Shown: piece by piece, positions 26,834-35,859 of the stretch
How the letters are laid out: every line of letters starts with the position of its first letter
Numbering within the stretch: position 1 is the first letter of the stretch
Program-made: the position numbers and the translations under genes
Assembly: GCA_037442925.1 (NCBI GenBank)
Contig: JBBIPG010000007.1
Coordinates: 1 to 54,259 of the forward strand
DNA length: 54,259 nucleotides
Direction: 5' to 3'
From: Candidatus Fraserbacteria bacterium
Lineage (GTDB): Bacteria; Bipolaricaulota; Bipolaricaulia; RBG-16-55-9
The notes under the pieces: model-generated
Databases searched by the model: none
Told to the model about the DNA's origin: nothing
The model's input: only the letters and a program-made list of their open reading frames with translations

Positions 26834-29059
26834 TCAACGAAGAAGTTCGCTTAGGATTTTCACGGCTGCCCGTCTATCCAAGGGCTCATTATTGTTGCCG
26901 CACTTGGGCGAGTAGATGCACGACGGGCAGCCCTCCTCACACGGACAATCCCGTACCAGCTCATACGTTGTGTGCACCAAGGACTCAAACAGATCGAAGG
27001 CTTTTTCTGCTATTCCAATACCACCGGGATAGCCATCATAGAGGAAGATCGTTGCTCCCTTGGTATCAGGATGAAAGGGCGTGGACATTCCCCCGATATC
27101 CCAGCGATCACACAGGGCATGATAGGGAGTCATCGCAATCAGCGCGTGCTCAGCCGCGTGCAATCCGCCCGCCCAATCGAGACCTGCTGCGCGCACGCCG
27201 GCTGAAAGCTCCTCAGAGAGCGTGAACCAGAGCGCCACGGTCTCGAATTCCAACGGAGGCAGATCCAGCCCATGGAGCCCCAACGTGCGATCGTACCGCT
27301 TCACCCGATATCCATTAAACCGCTCTACTACGTTCACATCTCCCAACGAGAGAGTTCCCCATTTCCTCTGGTGCTTCTGCACGGCTTTACGCACGCCGGT
27401 CTCCACTGTGTTAAGCGCATCGGTGTGGTAATCGACCTCTTCTTTCGAGACGTGCGCTACGCCCGCTCGAAGATCAAGCCCCTTGACGAGATAACTCTCC
27501 CCGCGATGCAGTAGAACAGCTCCGGGATGAGCTTCCTCATAGGCTCTTCGGAGCTCCAGGGTCTCCAGCACTTGCCCTTCATGAAGCACTTGAATCGCCC
27601 GCTCCGAGATGTTCTCAAGACTCACGACCTCTACAGGGCGAGCCATCCCCCGATAGACCCAGCCCGTAGGTGTCTTCTGAACCAGCTTTTGGCGTTCGAG
27701 CGAATGGAGCGATTCGCTTAGTCTTTCTCCGAAGTACTTGACATCTCGCTCAGGCTGGATGGGAAGCTCTGCCGCTGCGCACATGGTATGCCCCAATAGA
27801 ATGTGCGGGTTTTCGAGGTCGATGATTGCGTGCTCATGAGGTCTTGCGAAGAACCGCTCCGGGTGTTTCATGAGGTACTGACCGAGGGGATCTTCAAAGC
27901 CAATGAGGGTGACCAGAGCAGACTCACGTCCGCGACCGGCTCGCCCGGCCATCTGCCAGGTCGAAATGACTGTGCCCGGATAGCCAGAGATGATGACGGC
28001 ATCGAGGCCGCCGATGTCGATCCCCAGCTCCAGGGCTGTCGTAGAGGCCACGCCTCTTAGCTCTCCGGCCTTGAGTGCTGTTTCGATGGCTCTTCGCTCT
28101 TCGGGAGTATAGCCCGCTCGATAAGCGGCAATCTCATCAGCGAGTCCTTGCTCTTTGGCCCAAATGGCAATGAGTTCTGCCAGCTTTCGGGAGATCGTAA
28201 AACAAAGCGTTTGTAGTCCCGATTTCACATGCTGAGCGAGAAGATCGCTGGTCTGCCGATGGACAGAGTGGCTGGCATCCGCAACGGAGTTCCAGAATAG
28301 AAAATATCTTGCACTACCTGGAGCGCCACTCTCGGAGATGACTTCAAAGTCTAGTCCGACGAGGTTTTCACTGTGTTCTTGAGGGTTAGCTATCGTTGCC
28401 GATGAGAGAATGAACTGAGGTTGCGCCCCGTAATATTGCGCAATGCGTCGCAAGCGTCTCATCAAGAGGGCCACGTTTGAGCCAAAGACCCCGCGGTAGA
28501 TGTGGCATTCATCTAGCACCACGAACTTCAGATTTTGAAAGATGCGACGCCACTTGTGGTGCCAGGGTAGATATTGATGGAGCGCGTAGGGGTTCGTCAG
28601 GATTACTCTCGATTGGTCACGGATGAGTGAACGCACGTGCTGAGGAGTGTCCCCATCATAGACCGCGGCCTGCGTCTGGATATCTGTCTTGGTCTCAAGA
28701 TCTCGAATGGCTTGCAGTTGGTCTTGGGTGAGGGCCTTGAGCGGGTAGATGTACATGGCGGTCGCGTTGGAATTGCGATAGAGTTCCTCAAAGACGGCGA
28801 GATTGAAGGCGAGGGATTTCCCAGAGGCTGTCGGTGTGGTTATCACAACGTGAGCACCGGCACGCACCCGTTCGATGGTCTCCGCTTGATGACTGTAGAG
28901 CGTGAGCTTGTTATCTTGCAAATATCTCTCTAGAGGCGAAGGTAGGGGCTGGGTGAGGTGGGCGTGTTGAGCCGGGGTCTCTGGCAGTTCTTTGATGAAG
29001 ACAATCGACTTGGGATGGCGGCGTTGGAGTTCTTCTATGAATCGTTCGCTGGTTTTCAA
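26834..29059 (-). CDS. DEAD/DEAH helicase with DUF1998 Zn-binding domain (MrfA/YprA/SftH/Hrq1 family)
   Basis: Motifs PTASGKS, YPLKAL..DQ, DECH.YRGVFGS, ALELGIDIG, QMAGRAGR and CPCEEGCPSC. Confidence 0.95.
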   Translation of the reverse strand: MKTSERFIEELQRRHPKSIVFIKELPETPAQHAHLTQPLPSPLERYLQDNKLTLYSHQAETIERVRAGAHVVITTPTASGKSLAFNLAVFEELYRNSNATAMYIYPLKALTQDQLQAIRDLETKTDIQTQAAVYDGDTPQHVRSLIRDQSRVILTNPYALHQYLPWHHKWRRIFQNLKFVVLDECHIYRGVFGSNVALLMRRLRRIAQYYGAQPQFILSSATIANPQEHSENLVGLDFEVISESGAPGSARYFLFWNSVADASHSVHRQTSDLLAQHVKSGLQTLCFTISRKLAELIAIWAKEQGLADEIAAYRAGYTPEERRAIETALKAGELRGVASTTALELGIDIGGLDAVIISGYPGTVISTWQMAGRAGRGRESALVTLIGFEDPLGQYLMKHPERFFARPHEHAIIDLENPHILLGHTMCAAAELPIQPERDVKYFGERLSESLHSLERQKLVQKTPTGWVYRGMARPVEVVSLENISERAIQVLHEGQVLETLELRRAYEEAHPGAVLLHRGESYLVKGLDLRAGVAHVSKEEVDYHTDALNTVETGVRKAVQKHQRKWGTLSLGDVNVVERFNGYRVKRYDRTLGLHGLDLPPLEFETVALWFTLSEELSAGVRAAGLDWAGGLHAAEHALIAMTPYHALCDRWDIGGMSTPFHPDTKGATIFLYDGYPGGIGIAEKAFDLFESLVHTTYELVRDCPCEEGCPSCIYSPKCGNNNEPLDRRAAVKILSELLR

Positions 29060-30108
29060 GATCGACAGAATTCCGTGATGAGCACTGCGAGTGTGATCAG
29101 ATCGTGTTTGTTGTGCTCGATGATCGGGATGAGCGGCCCGACATTGCTCGTCTCCAGATATGTGTTATAGAAGTCTGGCACCAAGGCGCTGGGCATATCG
29201 ATGGCTCGCTGTAGGCCCAGGTGCCTCTCTACCGTCTCTAACCTCGCGTCTGGGAGTTTGTCACGAAACCGGCGTCGGGCGTGGGGCAGAAGATCAAAAT
29301 GCACCGGATCGATCTCAAACGGCAAGCCGTAATAGCTCAGGCGCTCCTCCAGAAAGTTCATATCGAAGGCGCGGCCATTGTAAGTGACAAGTGCTGGCTC
29401 TTCGCCCAATGCACGAGTGATTTCCAAAAGAGCAGGAAGCTCTTCGAGGATATCGCGCGTGAGATATTGATGAATCTCAAGATGATCGCCGCAGGGGCGG
29501 GCCATGCCCAAGAGCACCACAGGGCGTCCAAAGAGCCCCAGGCTCTCCAAATCAAAGATTCTCAGTTTCTCTTTTGAAGTCATGCCGAAGAGTTTTAGGC
29601 CCAGAGGGTGCGAGATGGGAAACCAGCGATGGATCAAGCCCTGCAAGCGCTTTACGTCTTGCTGGCCGAATTCGCTGATTAGCTGCTGCGCTTGGCTTCC
29701 CCAACGAGGATGCTCGGCCAGATCTCGCAGTGTGCGGTAGCCCAAGATATGCAAGCGAGCTTCGACAACGGGGCCAATGCCATAGAGGAGCTTCAACTCA
29801 GAGTAGAGGGCTTGATGAGATGTCTCTGGATCACCCAGGGAGAGTTCCAGTGGAATAGAGTGGATCAGTTTGAGACAAGTTCCGTACTCGTTCTGGACCA
29901 CTTCGCTCTGGTAGAACTCTTCCAGCTTTTTGCCATTAAACTCACGGAGGAGTTCGCCTTTAAGTCGCATGGCTCGCTGGAAGTCGCTGTATGAAAGACG
30001 TGTGAGCCCATAGGGTGACTCTGCTTCTGGAGCAAATAGCTCGGTCTCGACGGCGCTCTCCACGCGCTCGCGCAGCTTCTGGGCAATGCGATCCAGACTT
30101 ACTGCCAT
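29056..30108 (-). CDS. RNase H-like DEDD exonuclease (MrfB/YprB family) with HhH motif
   Basis: HhH LYGIGP, FDLESLGL, TYNGRAFD, HFDLL and HNKHDL; ATGA overlap with the helicase gene. Confidence 0.88.
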   Translation of the reverse strand: MAVSLDRIAQKLRERVESAVETELFAPEAESPYGLTRLSYSDFQRAMRLKGELLREFNGKKLEEFYQSEVVQNEYGTCLKLIHSIPLELSLGDPETSHQALYSELKLLYGIGPVVEARLHILGYRTLRDLAEHPRWGSQAQQLISEFGQQDVKRLQGLIHRWFPISHPLGLKLFGMTSKEKLRIFDLESLGLFGRPVVLLGMARPCGDHLEIHQYLTRDILEELPALLEITRALGEEPALVTYNGRAFDMNFLEERLSYYGLPFEIDPVHFDLLPHARRRFRDKLPDARLETVERHLGLQRAIDMPSALVPDFYNTYLETSNVGPLIPIIEHNKHDLITLAVLITEFCRS

Positions 30109-30160
30109 GCCGGCTCTCCCCCTAAAGTAGAGTATAGCGAATTACCTGCTCTCCCCACAG

Positions 30161-30214
30161 TTGACGAAGCAGCCGTCTTCTGTTATAGTGATCCCGACAT
30201 GTCGATAACGATAT
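30161..30214 (+). promoter_or_regulatory. padR promoter and probable operator
   Basis: TTGACG-17 nt-TATAGT with extended TG, followed by the palindrome CGACATGTCG and the inverted repeat ATGTCG-N4-CGATAT. Confidence 0.7.
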
Positions 30215-30233
30215 ATTGCGAGGCCGCAAGCCC

Positions 30234-30773
30234 ATGAACACCATGAAGCGCGGCTTTCTGAAATTTTACATTTTAAAACTCCTAAGCGAAGAGAGCCTCA
30301 CCGGCTATGGCTTGATGAAACGCATCGAGGAGGAGACCGGCTTCTGGAAACCTTCCACCGGCTCGATGTATCCTCTTCTGCAATCACTGGAAGACCAAGG
30401 CTTGATCACTCATGAGGGCGAGGAAGAACGCAAGATGTATAGTCTGACAAAGCATGGCCGTAGCGCATTGGCAGAAGCTTATCAGGCAAAGACAGAGATG
30501 CTGGAGAGCCTGCAGCACGCCTGCGACGTCTATGGGCGAATCTTCGGGAAGGAAGATATTGAAGGCGTGCGTAAGCAAATGCACAGCTGGCTTCACGAGG
30601 GAACACCGCACATCTTCGAGCACATCCCCAAAGACCTACGCATGCGAGTGCTCTTGATGCGACATACGCTTTCGAGTTTGCCCTATGAAAGGCTCTCGAA
30701 GGCAGAGATTCAGAAGATCAAGGGGATTCTTGAAACGGCTCTCACAGAACTGGGAGAGTTCTTCGATTCATGA
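30234..30773 (+). CDS. PadR-family transcriptional regulator
   Basis: IL.LL.E....GY.LM..IEE...WKPSTGSMYPLL..LE..G...Y.LT..G pattern. Confidence 0.92.
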   Translation: MNTMKRGFLKFYILKLLSEESLTGYGLMKRIEEETGFWKPSTGSMYPLLQSLEDQGLITHEGEEERKMYSLTKHGRSALAEAYQAKTEMLESLQHACDVYGRIFGKEDIEGVRKQMHSWLHEGTPHIFEHIPKDLRMRVLLMRHTLSSLPYERLSKAEIQKIKGILETALTELGEFFDS

Positions 30774-31984
30774 ATCCCCAACAGAGACGACAATTGGTCA
30801 TTCTCTTTCTCACCCTGCTCATGGTCATGGTGGGGTTTGGCATCATCCTGCCCATCATGCCCTTCTTCGCCGAGAGCATGGGAGCCACCGCGACGCATCT
30901 CGGACTACTCTTCGCCAGTTTTTCCCTGGCACAGCTCATCTCCTCGCCCATCTGGGGACGATACTCGGATCGCATCGGGCGCAGGCCTGTATTGCTGATG
31001 GGGCTTATCGGAATGGCTCTCTCGTTCTTGCTCTTTGGACTTGCACAGTCGCTTTGGATGCTCTTCGTGGCCCGAACATTGGGTGGCCTGCTCTCTTCGT
31101 CCGTCGTGCCTGCCGCCATGGCCTATGTTGCGGACTCCACCGATCCCAAACAGCGCGGACAGAGCATGGGGCTGCTTGGCGCCGCGATGGGCTTAGGCAT
31201 GATCTTTGGCCCGGCCATCGGAGGCTTTCTGGGCGTTTTCAGCCCGGCTGTGCCCTTCTTCGTGGCGGCGGGCCTGACGATTCTCGTGACGGGTTTTGCG
31301 GCTCTCTTCCTCCCCGAATCGCTCAGCCATGAGGCGCGAGAGATTGCCGGGGCGCGCCCGCGCGGCAACAGCCCGCCATCTGCTTATCGTCAGCTCATCC
31401 ATTCCCTGCATGGTCCTGCCGGCTTGCTGCTGTTATTGGGATTCATCAGCACGTTTGCGCTGGCCAGCCTCTTCGGAACGTTTGCTCTCTTTGCCGAAGC
31501 CCGTTTCGGCTATGGGGAGAGCGAAATGGGAGCCGTCTTTGTAGCTTTGGGCCTCGTGAGTGCCTTGGGACAAGGATGGCTCGTGGGGCGGATGATCGCT
31601 CGTTGGATGGAAGAGCGCGTCATCCAAGGGGGATTGTTGTTAAGTGCTCTTGGCTTCTTAGGCTTGATCCTCGCCTATGATCTCGCAAGCTTGGCCGTGA
31701 TCACGGCGATCATCGGCTTGGGAACGTCCCTACTCGGACCTGCCCTCACCTCACTCATTTCGCAACGAACACCGCCGGATCAGCAAGGGACCATCATGGG
31801 CGTGTTCAATTCGTATCAGAGCTTGGGGCGAATCGCCGGGCCGCTGTTAGGCGGCATCATCTTCGATCTCTTTGGCCCGCAGTATCCCTTTGTGATGGCC
31901 GGCGCCCTCTTCTTGCTGACGTGGCTTGGCTCCAGTATGCTACTGGGTCAATATCCTTCGGCCTCGGTCGAGGCAGGTGAATGA
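30770..31984 (+). CDS. MFS transporter (TetA/DHA1-like)
   Basis: Motifs GRYSDRIGRRPVLL, AMAYVAD and GPAIGG; about 12 TM segments. Confidence 0.93.
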   Translation: MNPQQRRQLVILFLTLLMVMVGFGIILPIMPFFAESMGATATHLGLLFASFSLAQLISSPIWGRYSDRIGRRPVLLMGLIGMALSFLLFGLAQSLWMLFVARTLGGLLSSSVVPAAMAYVADSTDPKQRGQSMGLLGAAMGLGMIFGPAIGGFLGVFSPAVPFFVAAGLTILVTGFAALFLPESLSHEAREIAGARPRGNSPPSAYRQLIHSLHGPAGLLLLLGFISTFALASLFGTFALFAEARFGYGESEMGAVFVALGLVSALGQGWLVGRMIARWMEERVIQGGLLLSALGFLGLILAYDLASLAVITAIIGLGTSLLGPALTSLISQRTPPDQQGTIMGVFNSYQSLGRIAGPLLGGIIFDLFGPQYPFVMAGALFLLTWLGSSMLLGQYPSASVEAGE

Positions 31985-31994
31985 GGTTTCCCCT

Positions 31995-32963
31995 ATGACT
32001 CCTGAACGAACACGAAGGCTGCGCTTCGCACTCATCTCGATTCTCGTGGTTGCCGCCCTTGTGGGTACAGTCCTCGCCTTGCGCTCTATGATCCCAGTAG
32101 AGCAAGCGACGACGGAACCCTCATTGCAGACCCAGGCCGAAGACCCTTCGAACAGCAAGGCATTACAGCCATCGACGACACCCACGGAGACACCCTCAAC
32201 GGAAGGCAAGACAGCGCCCGTCATTCTTCAGCCTGAATCCGGCAGGCTGGCCTTCGAAGCCGAGGGCAAGAAGCTGGGAGAAGAGACGTACCAACTGGAG
32301 CGCCTCCCAACAGGCGAATATCAGCTCCGCTCGCAGGGGTTCTTCTCATTCGATGTACTTGCCAGCAAGGTGAAGTTCGAGTATACGCAGGACATCCGAG
32401 TCGACCCGAATCTCAGGCCACTGGGCTACTCGCTGGATTTCCAGGGCCCCCTTGGACTGGGGAATCGCAGCACGACAGTCCAAATCCAAGCGGAGAAGGC
32501 TTTGATCTCTTCGGGCGAGAAACAACGAGAGATCACCGTGCCACAAGGGCGCTTTGTGCTGCTTGGGATGTTCAGCTCCTATGCGCTGGCCACGAAGCTC
32601 GTGACATCCGGCGACCGAGTACGCCTGGCGGCCTTTATCGCGGCAGGCTTTGACGGCCCCGAGAGCCAGCCTCAAGAGATACAGCCCCTCTTATTCCCAC
32701 TGGAGGTCGTCAGAGTCCCCCTCTTGAGACTCAAAGACAGAGCAACGGGCAACGAGGTGGAAGTCGAGCAGTATTTGCTGAGGCTCGGAGGAAGAGATGG
32801 TGAAGATCCGTCAAGAGATGACGCCGAGGGCCCAAGGTTGCTGGCAGTGAAGGGCGAGTTCTGGGGATTGATGAGCACGCTGCAGGATGCATCGAAAGGG
32901 ACCTTCCGGGTCTATCGGATAGATCTTTTCCCGCAAGGCTTCGACATCGTCCCTTCTAAGTAA
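31995..32963 (+). CDS. Membrane-anchored hypothetical protein with a P/T-rich linker and beta-rich domain
   Basis: N-terminal TM helix and low-complexity linker; co-oriented with and 10 nt downstream of the MFS gene. Confidence 0.7.
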   Translation: MTPERTRRLRFALISILVVAALVGTVLALRSMIPVEQATTEPSLQTQAEDPSNSKALQPSTTPTETPSTEGKTAPVILQPESGRLAFEAEGKKLGEETYQLERLPTGEYQLRSQGFFSFDVLASKVKFEYTQDIRVDPNLRPLGYSLDFQGPLGLGNRSTTVQIQAEKALISSGEKQREITVPQGRFVLLGMFSSYALATKLVTSGDRVRLAAFIAAGFDGPESQPQEIQPLLFPLEVVRVPLLRLKDRATGNEVEVEQYLLRLGGRDGEDPSRDDAEGPRLLAVKGEFWGLMSTLQDASKGTFRVYRIDLFPQGFDIVPSK

Positions 32964-33057
32964 CCCAGAAGACTCCTCTGGAGCCCACTTCTCGAATAAG
33001 ATATACTGACAGGGCTGCATAGGCAGTGAAATCGCTCACCAAAAGGAGGAGTCGAGT

Positions 33058-35727
33058 ATGCTCACACCGATGAGCCGAACGGTACTGCTCACGTTCGCAG
33101 TGTCCCTATTTGCCTTGCTGGCAGGCGCCCTCGTAACCCTCTCCGGGGATCTGGCGCCAGCGACCGCTCAAGAAGCCCCCAGCCTCGATCAATTCGTGGC
33201 CAACATGGAGGCCTCTCCGGGATTTTTCAACACGTATAAGACCAAGGACGGCACCCTCTTCCTCGAAGTCACGAAAGAGCACTTTGGCAAAGACTTTCTG
33301 GTCGTCGTCCAGATGGCCCGAGGCATCGGAGAATCTCTGCTGCTCACGGGTTATCCCCTGGATCAAGACATGATGACGTTCCGGATGCGCAACGACAGGA
33401 TTGAACTCATCACCCGCAACCCGTACTTCCGCGCAGATCCAGGCACACCCCTGGGCAAGATGGTCAATTTGGGTTTCAGCGAATCCATACGACAGACATT
33501 TCCCATCGTCGCCCGGGACAAAGAGACAGGGCGCTATCTCATCGAGGCGACGAGCATGTTTGTCACGGACTGGCCGAACTTGCGCGATGTGTTGCCGCTG
33601 ATCTACGGAGTGGGATTCGGTTTGGACCGCAGTCGTTCAGCTCTGGTATCCGTCAAGGGCTTCCCGCAGAACGTGGAGGTCGAAGTGGACTTGACCTTCG
33701 CCTCTTCCGGTCCCATCCCCAGCCGGACGTTGACGGACGAGAAGAGCCTGCCCATCTCGTATCACTACAGCGTTCTGGCTCTGCCCGATGATGCCATGAA
33801 GCCCCGACTCGCAGATGACCGCGTTGGGTACTTCACATGGGCGGCCACGTACAAAGACTTCAGCCGGCAAGCCGGACCTACGAACACGGTGCGCCTTGTG
33901 AACCGCTGGAGACTCGAAAAGAAAGATCCGTACGCGCCGCTCTCAGAGCCAGTCAAGCCCATCGTCTTCTATCTTGAGAACACGATTCCTCAAGAGTTTC
34001 GCTCGTACATCAAGGCCGGAGTGGAAGCGTGGAACAAGGCCTTCGAGGCTGCCGGCTTTAAGAACGCGATCATCGCCCTGGATCAGCCCAACGATCCCAA
34101 CTGGGACCCCGGCGATGCGCGCTACTCCACCATCCGCTGGATCTCCACCGTCGCGCCCATCTTCGGTGCCATTGGACCATCCGATGTGGACCCACGCAGC
34201 GGTGAGATCGTCAATGCGGACATCTTGATCGTCGCCGATGAGATCGCCGGACTTACAGGTCAATACAAACGGCTGGTCGAGAACCCCTTGGACTACCTGG
34301 ATCAGGAAGCGGAAGCCATGAGAGTGGCTCGCCTGCTCAACCCCGAGGCGGCCCAGAGGCTCTGCAACTTTGGTGCGGCCCTGGAACCTCACCTGGCTCT
34401 GCTGCGCTACACTCTACTAGCCGACGGCATAGTGGATGCCGACGGGGAGATCCCCTTGGAGTACGTTGGCGCAGCGCTCAAAGACCTCACCATGCACGAA
34501 GTGGGACACACCCTGGGACTGCGCCACAACTTCAAGGCCAGCATGTCCACGCCCTATAGCCAACTGCAAAACAAAGAATTCACGTCGCAGAATGGGCTCA
34601 CGGCGTCCGTCATGGAATATGCGCCTCCCAACATCGCCGTCGACCGCAGCCAGCAGGGGGAGTACTTCCACTCCACGGTTGGCACATATGATGTCTGGGC
34701 CATCCAGTGGGGATATATGCCGGTCGGCAATGAAACCTTGGAACCTCACCCGCAACTGCAAGCATTGGCCGAGGAACACTACAAGAGGGAGTACCTCTAC
34801 GGAACAGATGAAGATGCCGTTCTGTCGCCCAATTCCGTGGACCCTAGCATCTCCCAATTCGATCTGGGCTCCGATCCGATTGCTTACTATCACGATGTGC
34901 AGAAGCTGACGGATCGGCTCTGGGCAGGATTGGAAGACCGAGTCATCCGAGAGGACGGAGAACTCTGGCCGCTCAGAAGCGCTGTCCAGAACTTGCTCTT
35001 CCAACAATTTCGGGGCTATGTCTACTATGTCACCGCACTCGGCGGCGTAGAAGTCACCCGGGCTCACAAGGACGACCCGATCGGGCTTACTCCCTTCAAA
35101 GTGCTGCCCGCCGCGGAGCAGCGCCGAGCGCTCGACTTCATCTTGGAGGCGTTTCGGCCAGATGCTCTGCGCGAGTTTCCAAAAGAACTCATGGATAAGC
35201 TACCGCCAGAGCGCTGCTATGACTGGGCCTGCAGCTGGCAATTCGGCATGCGCTTCACGTACCCCGTACACGATATCATCACGAGCGCACGTGTAAGGAT
35301 TCTGGATATGGCGTTCTGGGCGGAGCGACTGACGCGCATTCGTGACAATGCCTATCGCGCGGAGGAGCAAGACCCCTTCACCCTCGATGAGCTTTTCATG
35401 GGCTTTACGGATACGATCTGGGCGGATGTCCTCAACGAGCAGCCACCCACAGATTCGTTCCAACGGGCCATTCAAAGTGCCCATCTAGACAAACTGATCT
35501 CGCTCGCTCTCCCCAAGTCCACGCCACCCCCCAGCGCGGGAACGTGGCCGAATTCGCTCACCGTGGCTCCGCTGACCAACGAAGCCCGTGCCCTGGCCTT
35601 CGCAGAGCTCGTGAGACTCAATGGAGCCATCAGCAAACTGCTCAGTTCTACCAGTTTGGATTACATGAGCCGAGCACACTTGATGGAAGCTCAATTCCGC
35701 ATCCAGAAGGCCTTGAGCACCGAATAA
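33058..35727 (+). CDS. Secreted zinc-dependent metalloprotease (EcxA-like, DUF5117/DUF4953 architecture)
   Basis: RBS AGGAGG, signal peptide, DDRVGYF, RWRLEK, WNKAFE.AGF, HEVGHTLGLRHNF and Met-turn SVMEY. Confidence 0.92.
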   Translation: MLTPMSRTVLLTFAVSLFALLAGALVTLSGDLAPATAQEAPSLDQFVANMEASPGFFNTYKTKDGTLFLEVTKEHFGKDFLVVVQMARGIGESLLLTGYPLDQDMMTFRMRNDRIELITRNPYFRADPGTPLGKMVNLGFSESIRQTFPIVARDKETGRYLIEATSMFVTDWPNLRDVLPLIYGVGFGLDRSRSALVSVKGFPQNVEVEVDLTFASSGPIPSRTLTDEKSLPISYHYSVLALPDDAMKPRLADDRVGYFTWAATYKDFSRQAGPTNTVRLVNRWRLEKKDPYAPLSEPVKPIVFYLENTIPQEFRSYIKAGVEAWNKAFEAAGFKNAIIALDQPNDPNWDPGDARYSTIRWISTVAPIFGAIGPSDVDPRSGEIVNADILIVADEIAGLTGQYKRLVENPLDYLDQEAEAMRVARLLNPEAAQRLCNFGAALEPHLALLRYTLLADGIVDADGEIPLEYVGAALKDLTMHEVGHTLGLRHNFKASMSTPYSQLQNKEFTSQNGLTASVMEYAPPNIAVDRSQQGEYFHSTVGTYDVWAIQWGYMPVGNETLEPHPQLQALAEEHYKREYLYGTDEDAVLSPNSVDPSISQFDLGSDPIAYYHDVQKLTDRLWAGLEDRVIREDGELWPLRSAVQNLLFQQFRGYVYYVTALGGVEVTRAHKDDPIGLTPFKVLPAAEQRRALDFILEAFRPDALREFPKELMDKLPPERCYDWACSWQFGMRFTYPVHDIITSARVRILDMAFWAERLTRIRDNAYRAEEQDPFTLDELFMGFTDTIWADVLNEQPPTDSFQRAIQSAHLDKLISLALPKSTPPPSAGTWPNSLTVAPLTNEARALAFAELVRLNGAISKLLSSTSLDYMSRAHLMEAQFRIQKALSTE

Positions 35728-35759
35728 CTGCCTAAGTCACTCACGAACAGAACCGAGCA

Positions 35760-35789
35760 AAGGGCACCCCTGGCCATCGGGGTGCCCTT
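35760..35789 (+). terminator. Stem-loop, probable intrinsic terminator
   Basis: AAGGGCACCCC-8 nt-GGGGTGCCCTT, a perfect 11-bp stem 32 nt after the protease stop. Confidence 0.7.
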
Positions 35790-35859
35790 ACGTTTTGGCG
35801 AGGCGCTACGTCTGCCGTACAATACAGTCCATCCAGTGACCCAAGGAGGTCTGCCCTCT

